A stretch of DNA of 64,000 bases from Octopus sinensis (GCF_006345805.1 NC_043010.1:29388001-29452000); one strand, 5' to 3'; positions 27,649 through 40,839 are shown, counted from the stretch's first letter. The notes: a model not told the origin generated them from the letters alone. A program made the numbers and translations.

Positions 27649-27817
27649 TATATATATATATATATATGTTAAATAGAAAGATGAATAATCTTGTAGTAGA
27701 TTAATCAACAGTTTAACCGATACCTTAGTAGCAAAAATCACAGCACTAAACAGCACGGTTGGAGGTACAACCATCTGGCGTTGCAACCGTGCGTTGGTGC
27801 GGATAATTGAAATTAAA

Positions 27818-28194
27818 ACATTATTGGTGAATTGAAGAAATGGAGCTGAACGCAGATTGAACAGAAATCGTTTTTTCATTCTACACGTGTTTCGAAAGGC
27901 ACAAATTACCAAAATCCGATTGAATAATGGGACCATATTGTGTCTTTCTCTTCAGGAGGAAAAAGGAAATCCGTTGAAAAACAAAACAACAAACAGAGGC
28001 GGAGCAAAAAACAAATCGAACTGTGCTCCTAAGAGCCCATGGCGAAACTTTTTTCTTCGAAGAGAAAGACACAATATGGTCCCATTATTCAATCGGATTT
28101 TGGTAATTTTTGCCTTCGAAACACGTGTAGAATGAAATAAAACGATTTCTGTTCAATCTGCGTTCAGCTCCATTTCTTCAATTCACCAATAATG

Positions 28195-28195
<1 letters not shown>
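27818..28195. repeat. Fold-back element with ~145-bp arms, each carrying an HHR motif (family D)
   Basis: Arms 27818-27964 / 28049-28195; the minus strand reads CTGAAGA-gaaagacacaa...ttgtgcctttc-GAAA-cacgtg-TA-gaatgaaaaa; the plus copy core is TCGAAGA. Confidence 0.82.
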
Positions 28196-28228
<33 letters not shown>

Positions 28229-28231
28229 GCT

Positions 28232-28336
28232 CTCTCTCTTTACTCTTTACTTGTTTCAGTTATTTGACGCGGCCATGTTGGAGCACCGCCTTTAAATCGA
28301 GCAACTCGACCCCGGGACTTATTCTTTTGTAAGCCC

Positions 28337-28398
<62 letters not shown>

Positions 28399-28548
28399 TA
28401 ACGACGGGCTTCTTTCAGTTTCCGTCTACCACATCCACTTATAAGGCTTTGGTCGGCCCGAGGCTATAGTAGAAGACACTTGCCCAAGGTGCCCACGCAG
28501 TGGGGACTGAACCGGAACCATTTGTTGGTAAACAAGCTACTTACCACC
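28232..28548 (-). mobile_element. Bipartite microsatellite-containing SINE
   Basis: Reverse complement of the 26970-27385 family head and tail. Confidence 0.75.
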
Positions 28549-29005
28549 TCGTAATTTTTATTCTTTGTATTTTTATTTGTATTTTATTTTGTAATTTTAT
28601 TTGTATCGTTTTTACGTCCTGGTTTGTCACATGTTTAACTTCCTTGTTTTTACCCCTCTGCGAGGTAATTTTATTTAATCCCTTCGCAGGAAGGATTAGT
28701 TCCACGAGTCGTGTTCTGTCCTCACCTCGAAACACGCTGGAGTTGAACTAGAGGGACACTAGCTGATGAGGGGATTTTCCTTGTGTAGTTTGTCTTGCAC
28801 TCCTGTTTTTTTCGTTTAGGTCCGTTTCCACGTTTGTTTTTACGTTTTCGTTTCTCGTTGAGTTCTACTACGTCTAATTGTGGTGTCCTTACTACGTATA
28901 TATATTATATATGCATGTATATATACATGTAGATGTAGGTACGTACATATATGTATGTATGCATATATTTTATTTTATTAACACTATATATATATATATT
29001 ATTAG

Positions 29006-29037
<32 letters not shown>

Positions 29038-29059
29038 CTATAATATATATATGATAGCA

Positions 29060-29099
29060 TCTTTTAAGCGTTTCCCTAGTAGCTCGCTCTTCAGAAGGA
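29060..29099 (-). ncRNA. Degenerate minimal HHR-like motif
   Basis: tcctt-CTGAAGA-gcgagctactagg-GAAA-cgct-TA-aaaga; stems imperfect. Confidence 0.4.
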
Positions 29100-29592
29100 C
29101 AGATATGAAGGACTGATTGATCATATGAAGAAGAAAAAAAAGAGAAGGGAAATCAGTATAAAAGAAAACCGACAGATGCTGAGATTTTATAAAATTTAAT
29201 GGAGACCTTCAGCGAAACTGGCAAACATTAGTATTAGTAGCAATGGTGATAATTTTGAGGGTTTGGTAGTTTTGTGTCCGAAACAAGTATCCATTTCTGA
29301 TAGCTGTAAATATGAAAATAAAAATTAAAAGTCATGTTAAGGAAGGTGCAAATAGTCAAGGAGAATGTTTGGCGGTTGGAGGAAGACATATGAAAACGTT
29401 GGAGGAAAGGAAGGAAGAGATGAAAGAGGAAGTGTAAGAATATGTATATGAAGAGAGATAGATAGATACACAGACAAGCATGTGTGTATGCGCGCGCTTA
29501 CACATTTGTGTGCGCGTGTGTGTATATATGCATAAATATATTATATATATATATATATATATTATATATACATAGATATATAATATATATAT

Positions 29593-29623
<31 letters not shown>

Positions 29624-29635
29624 ATCTTGTTCAGC

Positions 29636-29746
29636 TTCACTGCGTGGCACCTACCTTGGACAAGCGTCTTTTACTATAATAGCTTTGGGTTGACCAAAGC
29701 CTTGTGAGTCGATTTGGTACATGGAAACTGGAAAAAAACCCGGTCG

Positions 29747-29820
<74 letters not shown>

Positions 29821-30080
29821 GTATGTGTGTGGTGTGTGTGTGTGTGTTGGTGTATGTATGTATGTATGTATGTATGTATGTATGTGTGTATTTGCCCCTC
29901 CCGCTTAATAAACCGGTGTTGGAGTGTTTACATCCCTGATACATACCGGTTCGACAAAACAATCGATAGAATAAGTATCAGGCTTTACAAAAAATAAGTA
30001 CTAGGTCGATAAGTTGGACTAAAATTCAAAAGGTTGTGTCCCATGTGGTCGCAGTTAATGACTGAAACAAGTAAAAGATA
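29636..30080 (+). mobile_element. Bipartite microsatellite-containing SINE
   Basis: Same head and tail as 26970-27385. Confidence 0.75.
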
Positions 30081-30300
30081 TATATATATTATATATAATA
30101 TATATATATCTATATATATATATAATATTATATATATAATATTATGTATGTATGTAAATATATATATAATATATGTCTATATGTATATAATGATATATAT
30201 ATATCTATATATATATATATATATCTATATATATATATCACAATATATATATATATATGTATTATATACATACATACATATCAATATATTATATATTATA

Positions 30301-30333
<33 letters not shown>

Positions 30334-30379
30334 GTATGTATGTATATGTATGTTGTATGCATACATGTATATATAAATT

Positions 30380-30781
30380 TAAATAAGGGTTAAAAATTGG
30401 ATATTAATTTGATTAGTATCAATTTAAAAAAAACAGTGTCCCAGCATATTGAAGAAATTTAAAGATTCAGAAAATTTATATTACAAACATATAGGAGGGA
30501 TGACCACTAAGTGGACATCCATTATGCTTGATGTAGACCCCATATGGTCTGACCACTAAGAAACGATTGTTCTCAAGAAAATTCAGCAAGCGCCAGAACG
30601 TAACGAGTAAGACAAATGAAAAAATACAAAATATAAAGATTAGTCACAAACCCGGTTTCATTGTTACTACTTACGTAATACTTTGAAAACAATCTTTTCT
30701 TAGTGGTCAGACCATATGGGGTCTACATCTAGCCTAATGGATGTCCCCTTTGTGTTCCACCCTCCTATATGAATGTAATAT
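30380..30781 (-). mobile_element. Diverged relative of the family-C non-autonomous PLE unit, with an inverted 5' segment
   Basis: Inverted repeat 30479-30577 / 30681-30781; 'aataagggt.aaaaattg.atattaa' and 'ccactaa...ttgttctcaag' are shared with 15674-16088. Confidence 0.6.
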
Positions 30782-30821
30782 ATATATATCTATATATATA
30801 TATATATATATGATATATATA

Positions 30822-30863
<42 letters not shown>

Positions 30864-31499
30864 TATATATGTATATATATATAGCAAATAAGAAAATGGA
30901 GGAGAACAATAGGTGGTTTCATCAACTTTTGGACATTAAAATGTTAACTTATTTATTTTTAAACTGATAATTATAACATACGATACATATAGCATATTAT
31001 TCTTTACATATAAGATATAAGATATAAAATATAGTAATATATAGGGATACCAGTAATTATTTTAAAAACATGAATATAAATTGGTACCTATATTACTCAA
31101 GTAGATTGAGGTAACAGGTAGGTGAACATGAGGTACTTATATATATCTCTAGGCTTCATCAGAGATTATAAAGTACAAATGTTAAGTTCTAATGATAAAT
31201 ATAAATATAAATATAAACTGAACAAAATACACACACATTTGAATATATATATATAGCAAATCAATAACAAAAACAAAATCAACCTCAAAAACAATGACAG
31301 ACCAAGAGACGGCTACTGGTTGACGCGCAAAGAAGGAAAAAGTTAAAAAGTAAAAGTTAAAAGACTTGAAGTAGGACATTTTCGCTGGAGACACAGAGAA
31401 ATATCCAAGGAAAAAGAAAAGGACAGTCGGTGAAAGAGATACGAAAAAGAAGAGATTATATGTGTGTGTGTGGTTGTGTGTGTGTGTGTGTGTGTGTGT

Positions 31500-31670
31500 A
31501 GGGGGAGAATTCACAAAAAAAAAACACAACAAAAGACGAAGACAGGTGGTGTAGACAACAAACAGATGTATTAGTTTAACGCTCGGGAAGTGAAAAAGTC
31601 TTTAACGTTTCGAGCCTACGCTCTTCCACAGAAAGAAACACAGAAAGAAACAAGGAGAGAAAATAAGGTC
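31500..31670 (-). repeat. Family-A HHR-bearing repeat (motif 31599-31636, CUGUGGA core)
   Basis: Reverse complement tctttCTGTGGAagagcgtaggctcGAAAcgttaaaga. Confidence 0.7.
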
Positions 31671-32639
31671 AACAAAAACCAAGACAGTATTTGTCTAAAC
31701 GTTCCTAAATACATTCAGTCTACTAGACTGAATGTATTTAGTAAAATCACCGCTTAGACTGTGGTACCTATTTCAGAAAATAGAATTAGTAGTATAACAT
31801 AATTTGAAAGTAAATGCCCTAGCCATTACTTCTCCCCACAACTGTAGTATCTTCTGTCGTACAGTGCTTGTTTACATACTCGGCTGGTTTATTTTGTCAT
31901 AAGCAGCCTTGGGCCACTTATGACGTATGCTACTTCTTCATACTTTTACTCTTTATTTTTATTTATTTCTTTATTATATCTACCCCTATAACGGTCTTAC
32001 TAGCTTGGTCTTCAAATTTAACTGACCAATTATATTAATGGCTTAGCTTTGGTCAATCACATTATGGACAAGTGGTTGGTCGGTCCTTATAATATATCAG
32101 TAAATATATTAATGCAATTATTATATAACAATTACATGTTATTTGGATAAATATCAATTAGTACTATTTACGAATTGTTAAGTACTATTCTTTCTCTAGA
32201 CCTATTGGCGAATCACGTTACACTATAGTACTTTTTTTTAATTATTTATACACCCTGTTACCCCTAAAGAAAGATTAACAGACTATTTAATTTTCTAGTT
32301 TAGTCATTTGCTGATCGACTTCAAGCGTTACACTGCAAAATAGAATGATTCAAATATTTTAAGCCTTCTTTCCTCGTCTCGAAGTCCTTTTCTTTTCTCT
32401 TCTTTACTTTTATTTTATGTATCTTCCTTCACTCCGATGAAGCTCCATGTACCAGATCGGATGTGCTATAGAATATGACGAATATTATTCGCAGAATTTT
32501 CTCTGACAGCGCTGACGGACATTAGAAGCAGAAACGGCTGTTAGAAATGTTAAAGCTATGTATTAAAAAAATAATAATCGATGGTAGTCATTTTGTTTGT
32601 AGATCAAGAATTTTTTTCATTTTCTGCTTAATTTAAATT

Positions 32640-32970
32640 GGGCAAGACCTTGGGAAAGTGTCTTCTACTATTGCCTCGGGCCGACCAAAGCCTTGTGAGT
32701 GGATTTAGTAGACGGAAACTGAAAGAAACCCTTCAATATATATATATATATATATTTATATATGTATTAGTGTGTCTGTGGTTTCCCCTCCACCATCGCT
32801 TGCCAACCAATGTTGGTGGTTTTACGTCCCCGTAACTTCGACAAAAGAGACCGATAGAATAAGTACTAGGGCTGCAAAGAATAAGTCCTGGAGGCAATTT
32901 GCTCGACTAAAGGTGGTACTCCAGCATGGCCGCAGACAAATGACTGAAACAAGTAAAAGAATAAAAGAAT
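32640..32970 (+). mobile_element. Bipartite microsatellite-containing SINE (5' truncated)
   Basis: Same head and tail as 26970-27385. Confidence 0.75.
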
Positions 32971-32994
32971 ACATGTATATATATGCATATATGT

Positions 32995-33212
32995 GAAGGC
33001 GCATACCTCAGTGGTTAGAGCATCGAGCTTATGATCGTGAGGTTGTGAGTTCGATTCTCGGACCGGGCTGCGTGTTTTGTTCTTGAGCAAGACACTTTAT
33101 TTCACGTTGCTCCAGTTAACTCAGCTGTAGAAATGAGTTGCGACGTCACTGGTGCCAAGCTGTATCGGCTTTTGCCTTTCTCTTGGATAGCATGAGTGGT
33201 GTGGAGAGGTGA
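32995..33212 (+). mobile_element. tRNA-derived SINE
   Basis: cagtggttagagc A box, gagttcgattctc B box, 'ttcttgagcaagacacttt' core. Confidence 0.8.
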
Positions 33213-33392
33213 CACATATATATGTCTACACACATATATATATAAAAGGGGATATACACCCCCATACACACACGCTCCCATATCCATATATAATATATAT
33301 ATATATATACATACATACACATATATATACACACACCCATATAACATATATATATACATACATACATACATACCTATATATATTATATATAT

Positions 33393-33450
<58 letters not shown>

Positions 33451-33961
33451 ACACATATATATACACACACACATACATACACATCATATGCATATACATG
33501 CACACACAACACACACATTTCTTCCCTTATTTTAATTTTATTTTTATTTTTTACTTTTGTTTTTTAGTTTTATTTTTATATCTTGACCTCGCCAGCCAGC
33601 CCGGCACTGAAGTGATGTCCTCCCAAGGGAACTAGTCTAAAGAATCCATTTTTTGCCCTCTCCCTTCCTTTCTATCTTTCTCTCACTGATACGAACCACA
33701 CAACACTCACACACGCACCGCACACACACTCACACGTACATACACACATACATACCACGCACGTGTTTATATTCATACATACATACATCTACATACATGC
33801 ACGTATATACACATACGTACACGTACCTACAAATTCATATCTACAAGCATACACATACATAAATCTATACCCCACAAAGACTAGTCCATACAATACACAA
33901 ATAAATATATATACTATACATATACATACACATACATACCACATATATATATATACAATAC

Positions 33962-34010
<49 letters not shown>

Positions 34011-34919
34011 GCATATATATACATATATACACATACACATACACGTACGCGCATACCTACATATACATACACACATATATACTTACACCAGTCATATACA
34101 TACTACTACATACCCATACATCCATATATCTATACTATACATACCTACAGTATATATACAATGCACATACTAATACACACGCACACACACTATCTACATT
34201 ATAAAAAAGAAACCCAACAAGTCCATACATGTACACACATACACATACATACATGCATATACACATATATACCCATACACATATACATACATACACATAC
34301 ACATATATATACACACATGTATATAATATAACATATATACACATACATATACATACACACATGCATACACATACACCCACACACGTGCATCTATATATAC
34401 ACATAAGTACATACATGCATAAATGTATACATATGTTTATACATATGCATACACATAACACACCACGCGCGCATCCATATATACAGAAATACATACATGC
34501 ATACAAACATAACATATATACATACATGCATACTCAAATAATAAATATAAATAATAAATATATATCATGGGCATTTACCCATTATACAGACGGATACATA
34601 CATATAAACATACACATATATACCTATTTACACATATGTATATATACATATATACATACACATACACATAACTCTACATACCTACATATACATAAACACA
34701 CAAGCGTACACACACACACACACACCACACACACACTACTATATAGATATATATATATATATATCCACATATACATATACACATATACATACACATACAC
34801 ATACATATACACGCCCGTAAATACACGCACTCACATACATACGTATATTCCTACTAACACCCCATACATTTCTATAACTATATACAATACTATATACAAG
34901 TGTACACATACAATATGTG

Positions 34920-37241
34920 AATAGTCTTAGGAGAAAGGTAATTGGGGGTGCTGGGGGAACGGTGGGGTGGGGAGTTGTGGGTGGGGTGTCGTCAATCGGG
35001 TTGCCGGTGGGTTCTGTAGTTTTTTTAGTTTGCATAAATTTGTGTGCATGCAATTTGGGGAGTGTTCCTGATCTTTTTGAGGAGAGGGCCTTTGGCGAAC
35101 AAGATCTCCAGGCTCTCAGAAATGCAAAGGTCACAGCAGGTATGGCATCCTGTGTACGAACGCGCCTCTGTAGTAGTCTCCTCTTGATCTTGAAGGGGAT
35201 GGAGTTCCTTTTAAGGTACCAGATGTGGGCGGCGAGGGTAGTTTTGTTGGATTTGTCAGGTCGCAGGAACGAATGTGTGTGGGCGTACCAACGAGTCTTA
35301 AAGGCTGTTTGACGTCATTCCGATGTACGATTTTCTTTTATCATCGGGGCCTGATCGTACCTCGCAGTGTAGACGAGGTCCTTCTGTAGGCAGTTGTTGT
35401 TGAGGGGGCAAGTGGTTTTATCAGGGCAGTTGCACATTGCTATCGGATGTTGGATGGGCCTCGGAAAAAGTAGATTTATTAAGTTTTTCACGTTATTGTT
35501 GGCTAGGTTACTGGCTAGATTGGGCGCGTGGTTAGAGTAAAGGAGGTCTAATGGTGTTCTTATTAGGATTGTATAGTACTTATGTTGGGTGGGGAAGTGT
35601 TTTCTGTAGGAGAGTGAAGAAGATTTTAGCTACAGGTTAGCGACCTCACGTTTAAGGGGGGGTTGTACCAGCTAATGTGTTTTTCGCCTATTTTTCCTCC
35701 TGGGTTGGCGTGGGGCTATGCTAGTGTAGGTGATCTTATCTTTAAAGCCACTGCGGGCCAGGGCCTCGTTGTAATAATGGGGCTGCGGCATTAAAGATAT
35801 CTTCAGTAGCGGACAGGCTAGATAGTCTAATTGAGACACTTTTTACTGGGTTGTCTAATATATTTTTGGGGGTGGTTGGAATTAATGTCTATATATCTAA
35901 GGGATTCATTTGGTTTGTGGTACGGTTAAAAGTGAGGTTTTTAAGTCGAGGGTAACGTCAAGGAAGTTAGCTTGGTTAAGTTGGATTCTAAGGTAATCCT
36001 AGGCCTAAGTTTTTTAAAAAAGTAAAGATTTTTCCGGAACCCATCCGTGGTCCTGGGGTTTATTTTGTGGAGGGCAAAAAGGCCATCATCGCGGTAAAGA
36101 CCACCGGAGAGGCCTGTGAATATACATACACAGGGTCTTCAGCCTATGGAGGATGAAAAGGCCCACAAGGTCACTTATTTAAGCCGATTCGCTAGCACCC
36201 ATGCTGACGTCGAAGGGGGTCACAGATTTTTTGTTGATCCAGTGGGATCCGTCGTGGAAAAGAAAAGTCTTACGTGCGTGGAGGATCACATCTTGCTCGG
36301 CCTCGGTGATGGTGGAGAACTTCCTAGCGAAGTTAATCGCGTCGATCAGCAGGCTCTCCGATATGGAGGCGTAGTAATCTTTGATATCTAATTGTAGGAA
36401 TCGGGTGTTGCTTTTGTCAGGTAAATCCCGGAACCAGGTTATTGCCTCGGAGGTCCTATTCCAGAGTGGAAGGGGTGAAGCTTCACGCATTTTAGGTAAA
36501 ATCCTGTCCAGGATCTTCTTGGTGACGGATCCGATGTCAGACTTGGTTGGGTTAATCAGTCGGACCGATGGTTTATTTTCGAAATTGTCTTTGTGGTCTT
36601 TCAGGGTGAAGTGTGGGGACTTCACCCTCAGGGGTTCAGTTCGGTCATCGATTTTAAGGGAGGTGGCAATCTCCTTCCCGGCTAAGTTGGTTTCAGTTAA
36701 AGCTGTGTCATCAACTTTTTTGTACTTAGCTGTGATGGCGTTATCAGCTAGTCTGTTGTAGGTATCCGGAGTCACCGCGTAAATATTTTTTGTCTTGTCC
36801 GAAGGGACATGGAGGTGCGGGGAGCTTTTCATTTTCGAAAGTTTCTCATTAAGTTCCGTTTGGAAAGGTAGGTTGACTCTCCTGAATTTGATGTTTTTTA
36901 TCATGAGGAAGAGGTCTTCTTCAAACGGTTCGAGTAGGCTGTTGGTAGGAGGGGCCTTATTTGATTTGAAGCCGTACTTATCATTATTGGTAGATGCTAC
37001 ATCAGGGTGGTCGAAAAAGAACGATCTCCATCGAATCGAATTCTTTTGATGAACTCATCAGTCCGTCTAATAAGGCTTTTTGGTACTGTTTCCTTGGTGG
37101 GATAGTAATGTTCTTCAAGGAAGTGTTGAGGTCGATTCTTGTCAGCATTTTTTCTTGGTGATGGTTTAAGGGCACTGGGGGTGCTAGGATATGTAGGTCC
37201 CGGGTTGAGTCGGGGTTAACCACAGTAAATAAGGTACTCAA
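34920..37241 (-). pseudogene. Penelope RT plus GIY-YIG endonuclease ORF with multiple frameshifts
   Basis: 'VPSDKTKN', 'TLKDHK..VRLINPTKSDIG', 'FLQLDIKDYY', 'FDVSMGA', 'GGLYRDDG', then 'CNCPDKTTCPL..CL..LVY' and 'YIGMT'. Confidence 0.92.
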
Positions 37242-37277
37242 TACATAGCAGAGTAAATTAATTTATTTTATAGAAGG

Positions 37278-37328
37278 AGCTTCTACAGGACTAGAACTGT
37301 TTCATTCAAAGGAAATCATCAGGAAGCT
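37278..37328 (-). ncRNA. Type I hammerhead ribozyme, family B, just upstream of the PLE ORF
   Basis: agcttc-CTGATGA-tttcctttgaat-GAAA-cag...ctg-TA-gaagct. Confidence 0.85.
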
Positions 37329-37874
37329 AGGTGACAAGAGTAGTTTTGGCATTTATACATTTAGGCAGGTTTAAAGGGGTGGTGGTGGGGGACTTTTTTG
37401 GGGTAGGTATGGCGCAAACTATCATTCTTAGGGGAGTGGTCAAAGGAATCAGTGGTAAAGTAGATAAAAGAATAAATAAAAGAATGTGTGTGTGTGTATG
37501 TGTATGCATGTGTGTATGTATATGTATGTGTATATATGTATATATATACAGTGGTGTATATATATGGTGTATAGTATGTATGTGTATATGTGTATGGGTA
37601 TATATGTTATATGCATGTATGTATGTGTATGTGTGTACATGTATGGACTTGTTGGGTTTCTTTTTATATATGTAGATAATGTGTGTGCGTGTGTATTAGT
37701 ATGTGCATGTGTATATATACGTGTATGTATATGTATAGATGTATGGATGTATGTGTATGTAGGTATGTATATTACTGGTGTAAGTATATATGTGTGTATG
37801 TATATGTAGGTATGCGCGTACGTGTATGTGTATGTGTATATATGTATAATATATGTATATATATATATATATGT

Positions 37875-37907
<33 letters not shown>

Positions 37908-38535
37908 AGTATATATATATAATATGTATATGTATGTGTATTAGTGTATGTATTGTATGTGTATATTTGTATATGTATATATATTTATTGTGTATTTGTA
38001 TGGACTAGTCTTCTGTGGGTGTATAGATGTATGTATGTGTATGCGTGTAGATATGAATTTGTAGGTACGTGTACGTATGTGTATATACGTGCATGTATGT
38101 AGATGTATGTATGTATGAATATAACACGTGCGTGTGTGTATGTGTATGAGTGTACGTGTGAGTGTGTGTGCGTGTGTGAGTGTTTGTGTTCGTATCAGTG
38201 CGAAGAAAGATAGAAAGGAAGGGAGAGGGGCAATAAATGGATTCTTTAGACTAGTTCCCTTGGGAGGACATCACTTCAGTGCCGGGCTGGCTGGCCGAGG
38301 TCAAGATAAAAATAAAAATAAAAACAAAAGTAAAAAATAAAAATAAAATTAAAATAAGGGAAGAAATGTGTGTGTTTGTGTGTGCATGTATATGCATATG
38401 TTGTGTGTATGTATGGTGTGTGGTATATATATATGTGTGTGTATATATAATATATGTATATATATATATATATGTATAGGTATGTATGTGTATGTATGTT
38501 ATATATGTGTATATGGGTGTGTGTATATATATGTG

Positions 38536-38586
<51 letters not shown>

Positions 38587-38844
38587 ATATGGGAGCGTGT
38601 GTGTATGGGGGATGTATATCCCCTTTTATATATATTTGTGTAGACATATATATGTGTATGTATGAGTATGGGTATGGGCGTGTACGTAGATACATGTATA
38701 TGGGTACATATGTACATGTGTATATGGGTGTATGTGTGTATGTGTATGTATGTGTATGTGTATATATGTATATGTGTATGTATGTATATGTGTGTATATG
38801 TATGTATGTATATATGTGTGTGTGTGTATGTGTATATGTACATG

Positions 38845-38877
<33 letters not shown>

Positions 38878-39095
38878 GTATATGTATAAGTGAGAGTCTC
38901 CTTATTTACCTAAAACTCTATTTTTCTATTTATTCTTTTATTCTTTTATTTATTCTTTTATCTACTTTACCACTGATTCCTTTGACCACTCCCCTAAGAA
39001 TGATAGTTTGCGCCATGCCTACCCCAAAAAAGTCCCCCCCACCACCCCTTTAAACCTGCCTAAATGTATAAATGCCAAAACTACTCTTGTCACCT

Positions 39096-39146
39096 AGCTT
39101 CCTGATGATTTCTTTTGAATGAAACAGTTCTAATCCTGTAGAAGCT
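39096..39146 (+). ncRNA. Type I hammerhead ribozyme, family B, in the inverted pLTR
   Basis: agcttc-CTGATGA-tttcttttgaat-GAAA-cag(ttctaatc)ctg-TA-gaagct. Confidence 0.85.
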
Positions 39147-39161
39147 CCTTCTATAAAATAA

Positions 39162-39212
<51 letters not shown>

Positions 39213-39224
39213 TGACACACTAAT

Positions 39225-39380
39225 AATTGGTGCACTTGGTTTTGTAAGTGAAAGCCTAAGTCACAATTTAGAAAGCCTGGGGTTTTCCTAAAAAGCAGAT
39301 AACCAGCTACCGTGCGTATTACAAATACTATTAGAAAGTGGAACAGTAAAACTATGCAACAAGACTTTTCTCAAGTTCAA
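39225..39380 (+). mobile_element. Short 3' fragment of an RLE-type LINE
   Basis: 'IIGALGFV...LESLGF' and 'GTVKLC' resemble the end of the element at 42650-42795. Confidence 0.45.
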
Positions 39381-39404
39381 AATGTGGTATTATTTTTTTA
39401 TCTA

Positions 39405-39984
39405 TTGGGTTGTCCGGAAAATTCGTGCCGACTTTTAAAGGAAAGAAAAATCAATAAATACTTACCATTACTTTTTAATCACCAAAGCAAATTTTGAACC
39501 ATTTTGTTGCACAATGCATCTCCATCTTTCCTTTAACTTGAAAAAAACCCTCTTCCAAAAACCCTCTTCCCAAATTGAAGTGGTTTTATGGCAAAGAATT
39601 CATCAAGGTATCTTTTACGTCATCCAAGGAATTGAAATTTTTACCATTAAGACTATTCTGCAGAGACCTGAATAAGTGGAAATCCGAAGGAGCAATATCT
39701 GGTGAATATGGAGGGTAGGGTAACACATCCCAGCCAAGCTGCAGCAAGTTTTGTCTGGTTCCCAAAGCATCAAGTGCCGAAAATGAACTTTCTTATCTCC
39801 CATTTTCAAGGGTTACAGAATTAACACAGGTTATAGTAACATAAACCTTCTTCCACAAAAAGATAGCTTAAACTGTACTCTAAATGGAGGTATAGTCAAA
39901 TCCTATTTATGGACTCAAGCATGTTCTAAAATATGTCGAAAGGTAAGCTGCTATAAATCGGCACGAACTTTCCGGACAATCCAT
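39405..39984 (-). mobile_element. Internally deleted mariner (second family)
   Basis: TIRs ttgggttgtccggaaaattcgtgccga / tcggcacgaactttccggacaatcca, TA flanks; remnants 'MGDKKVHFRHLMLWE' and 'GWDVLPYPPYSPDIAPSDFHLFRSL'. Confidence 0.9.
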
Positions 39985-40795
39985 TATATTCTAAAGACGG
40001 AGCTTTATATCTTTGTTAGAAACAAGTGATTTTCATAGAGGAAGACCTCAAATAATTAAAATCAAAAGAGGACTTAGAAGCAGAATAGGACATACATACA
40101 TACATACATACATACATACATACATACATACATACATACATACATACATACATACATACATACATACATACATACAAATAAATGAATGTGTGTTCGAAGT
40201 TGTAGGTTACAGTTTGCTCATGAGTTGTTCAATTTTTGCATAAGCTAAGTAAATTTTTCTGAAAGTTTGTTATTTTAGTTTTGACCCAAAAAATGCTTTA
40301 TGAATATTGTATATTCCAATATTAATACCTTACCTCTAAATCGTTTCACCTTTAAATCGAGCATCGATACATATGGTATCCTCTTCACAGCGAAGCTTGT
40401 ACTATTTGATTATTATTGAATGTGTTGAAATACTTCATATCAGTATATTGCGTTCGTCTAAGTATATATATATATATAGACATAAACACATTCACAAATA
40501 CATAGACACACAGGCACATACACCTGTACGCGCATACACACGCATATATATATATATATATATATAAATACACGCATATACATGCATACATACATATATA
40601 TATATGTCTGTGTATGTGTGTGTGTAGATATATATATATATACACGCACACTGACATACTCATCGATGTGAGAAACTATACGTAAAAGATGTCTAAGCGT
40701 ATGTATGTGGATGTGTGCGTCTGTGCGTTTGAGTGCTTACATATGTACGCATATAGATCTTGGTTAATTGAAAAGTATATGCATATGTCGATGAG

Positions 40796-40839
<44 letters not shown>

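Larger units (their letters stand above)
33213..39164 (-). mobile_element. Near-complete Penelope-like retroelement with an inverted 5' pseudo-LTR
   Basis: ORF region 34920-37241 (minus); low-complexity 3' UTR 33213-34920; pLTR 37265-37484; inverted copy 37485-39164 mirrors both 33213-34380 and 37265-37484. Confidence 0.92.

Noticed and set aside
15260-33070. tRNA-like A/B-box sequences (15270-15350, 26557-26615, 32995-33070)
   Set aside because: They are heads of multi-copy SINEs followed by conserved bodies, not tRNA genes
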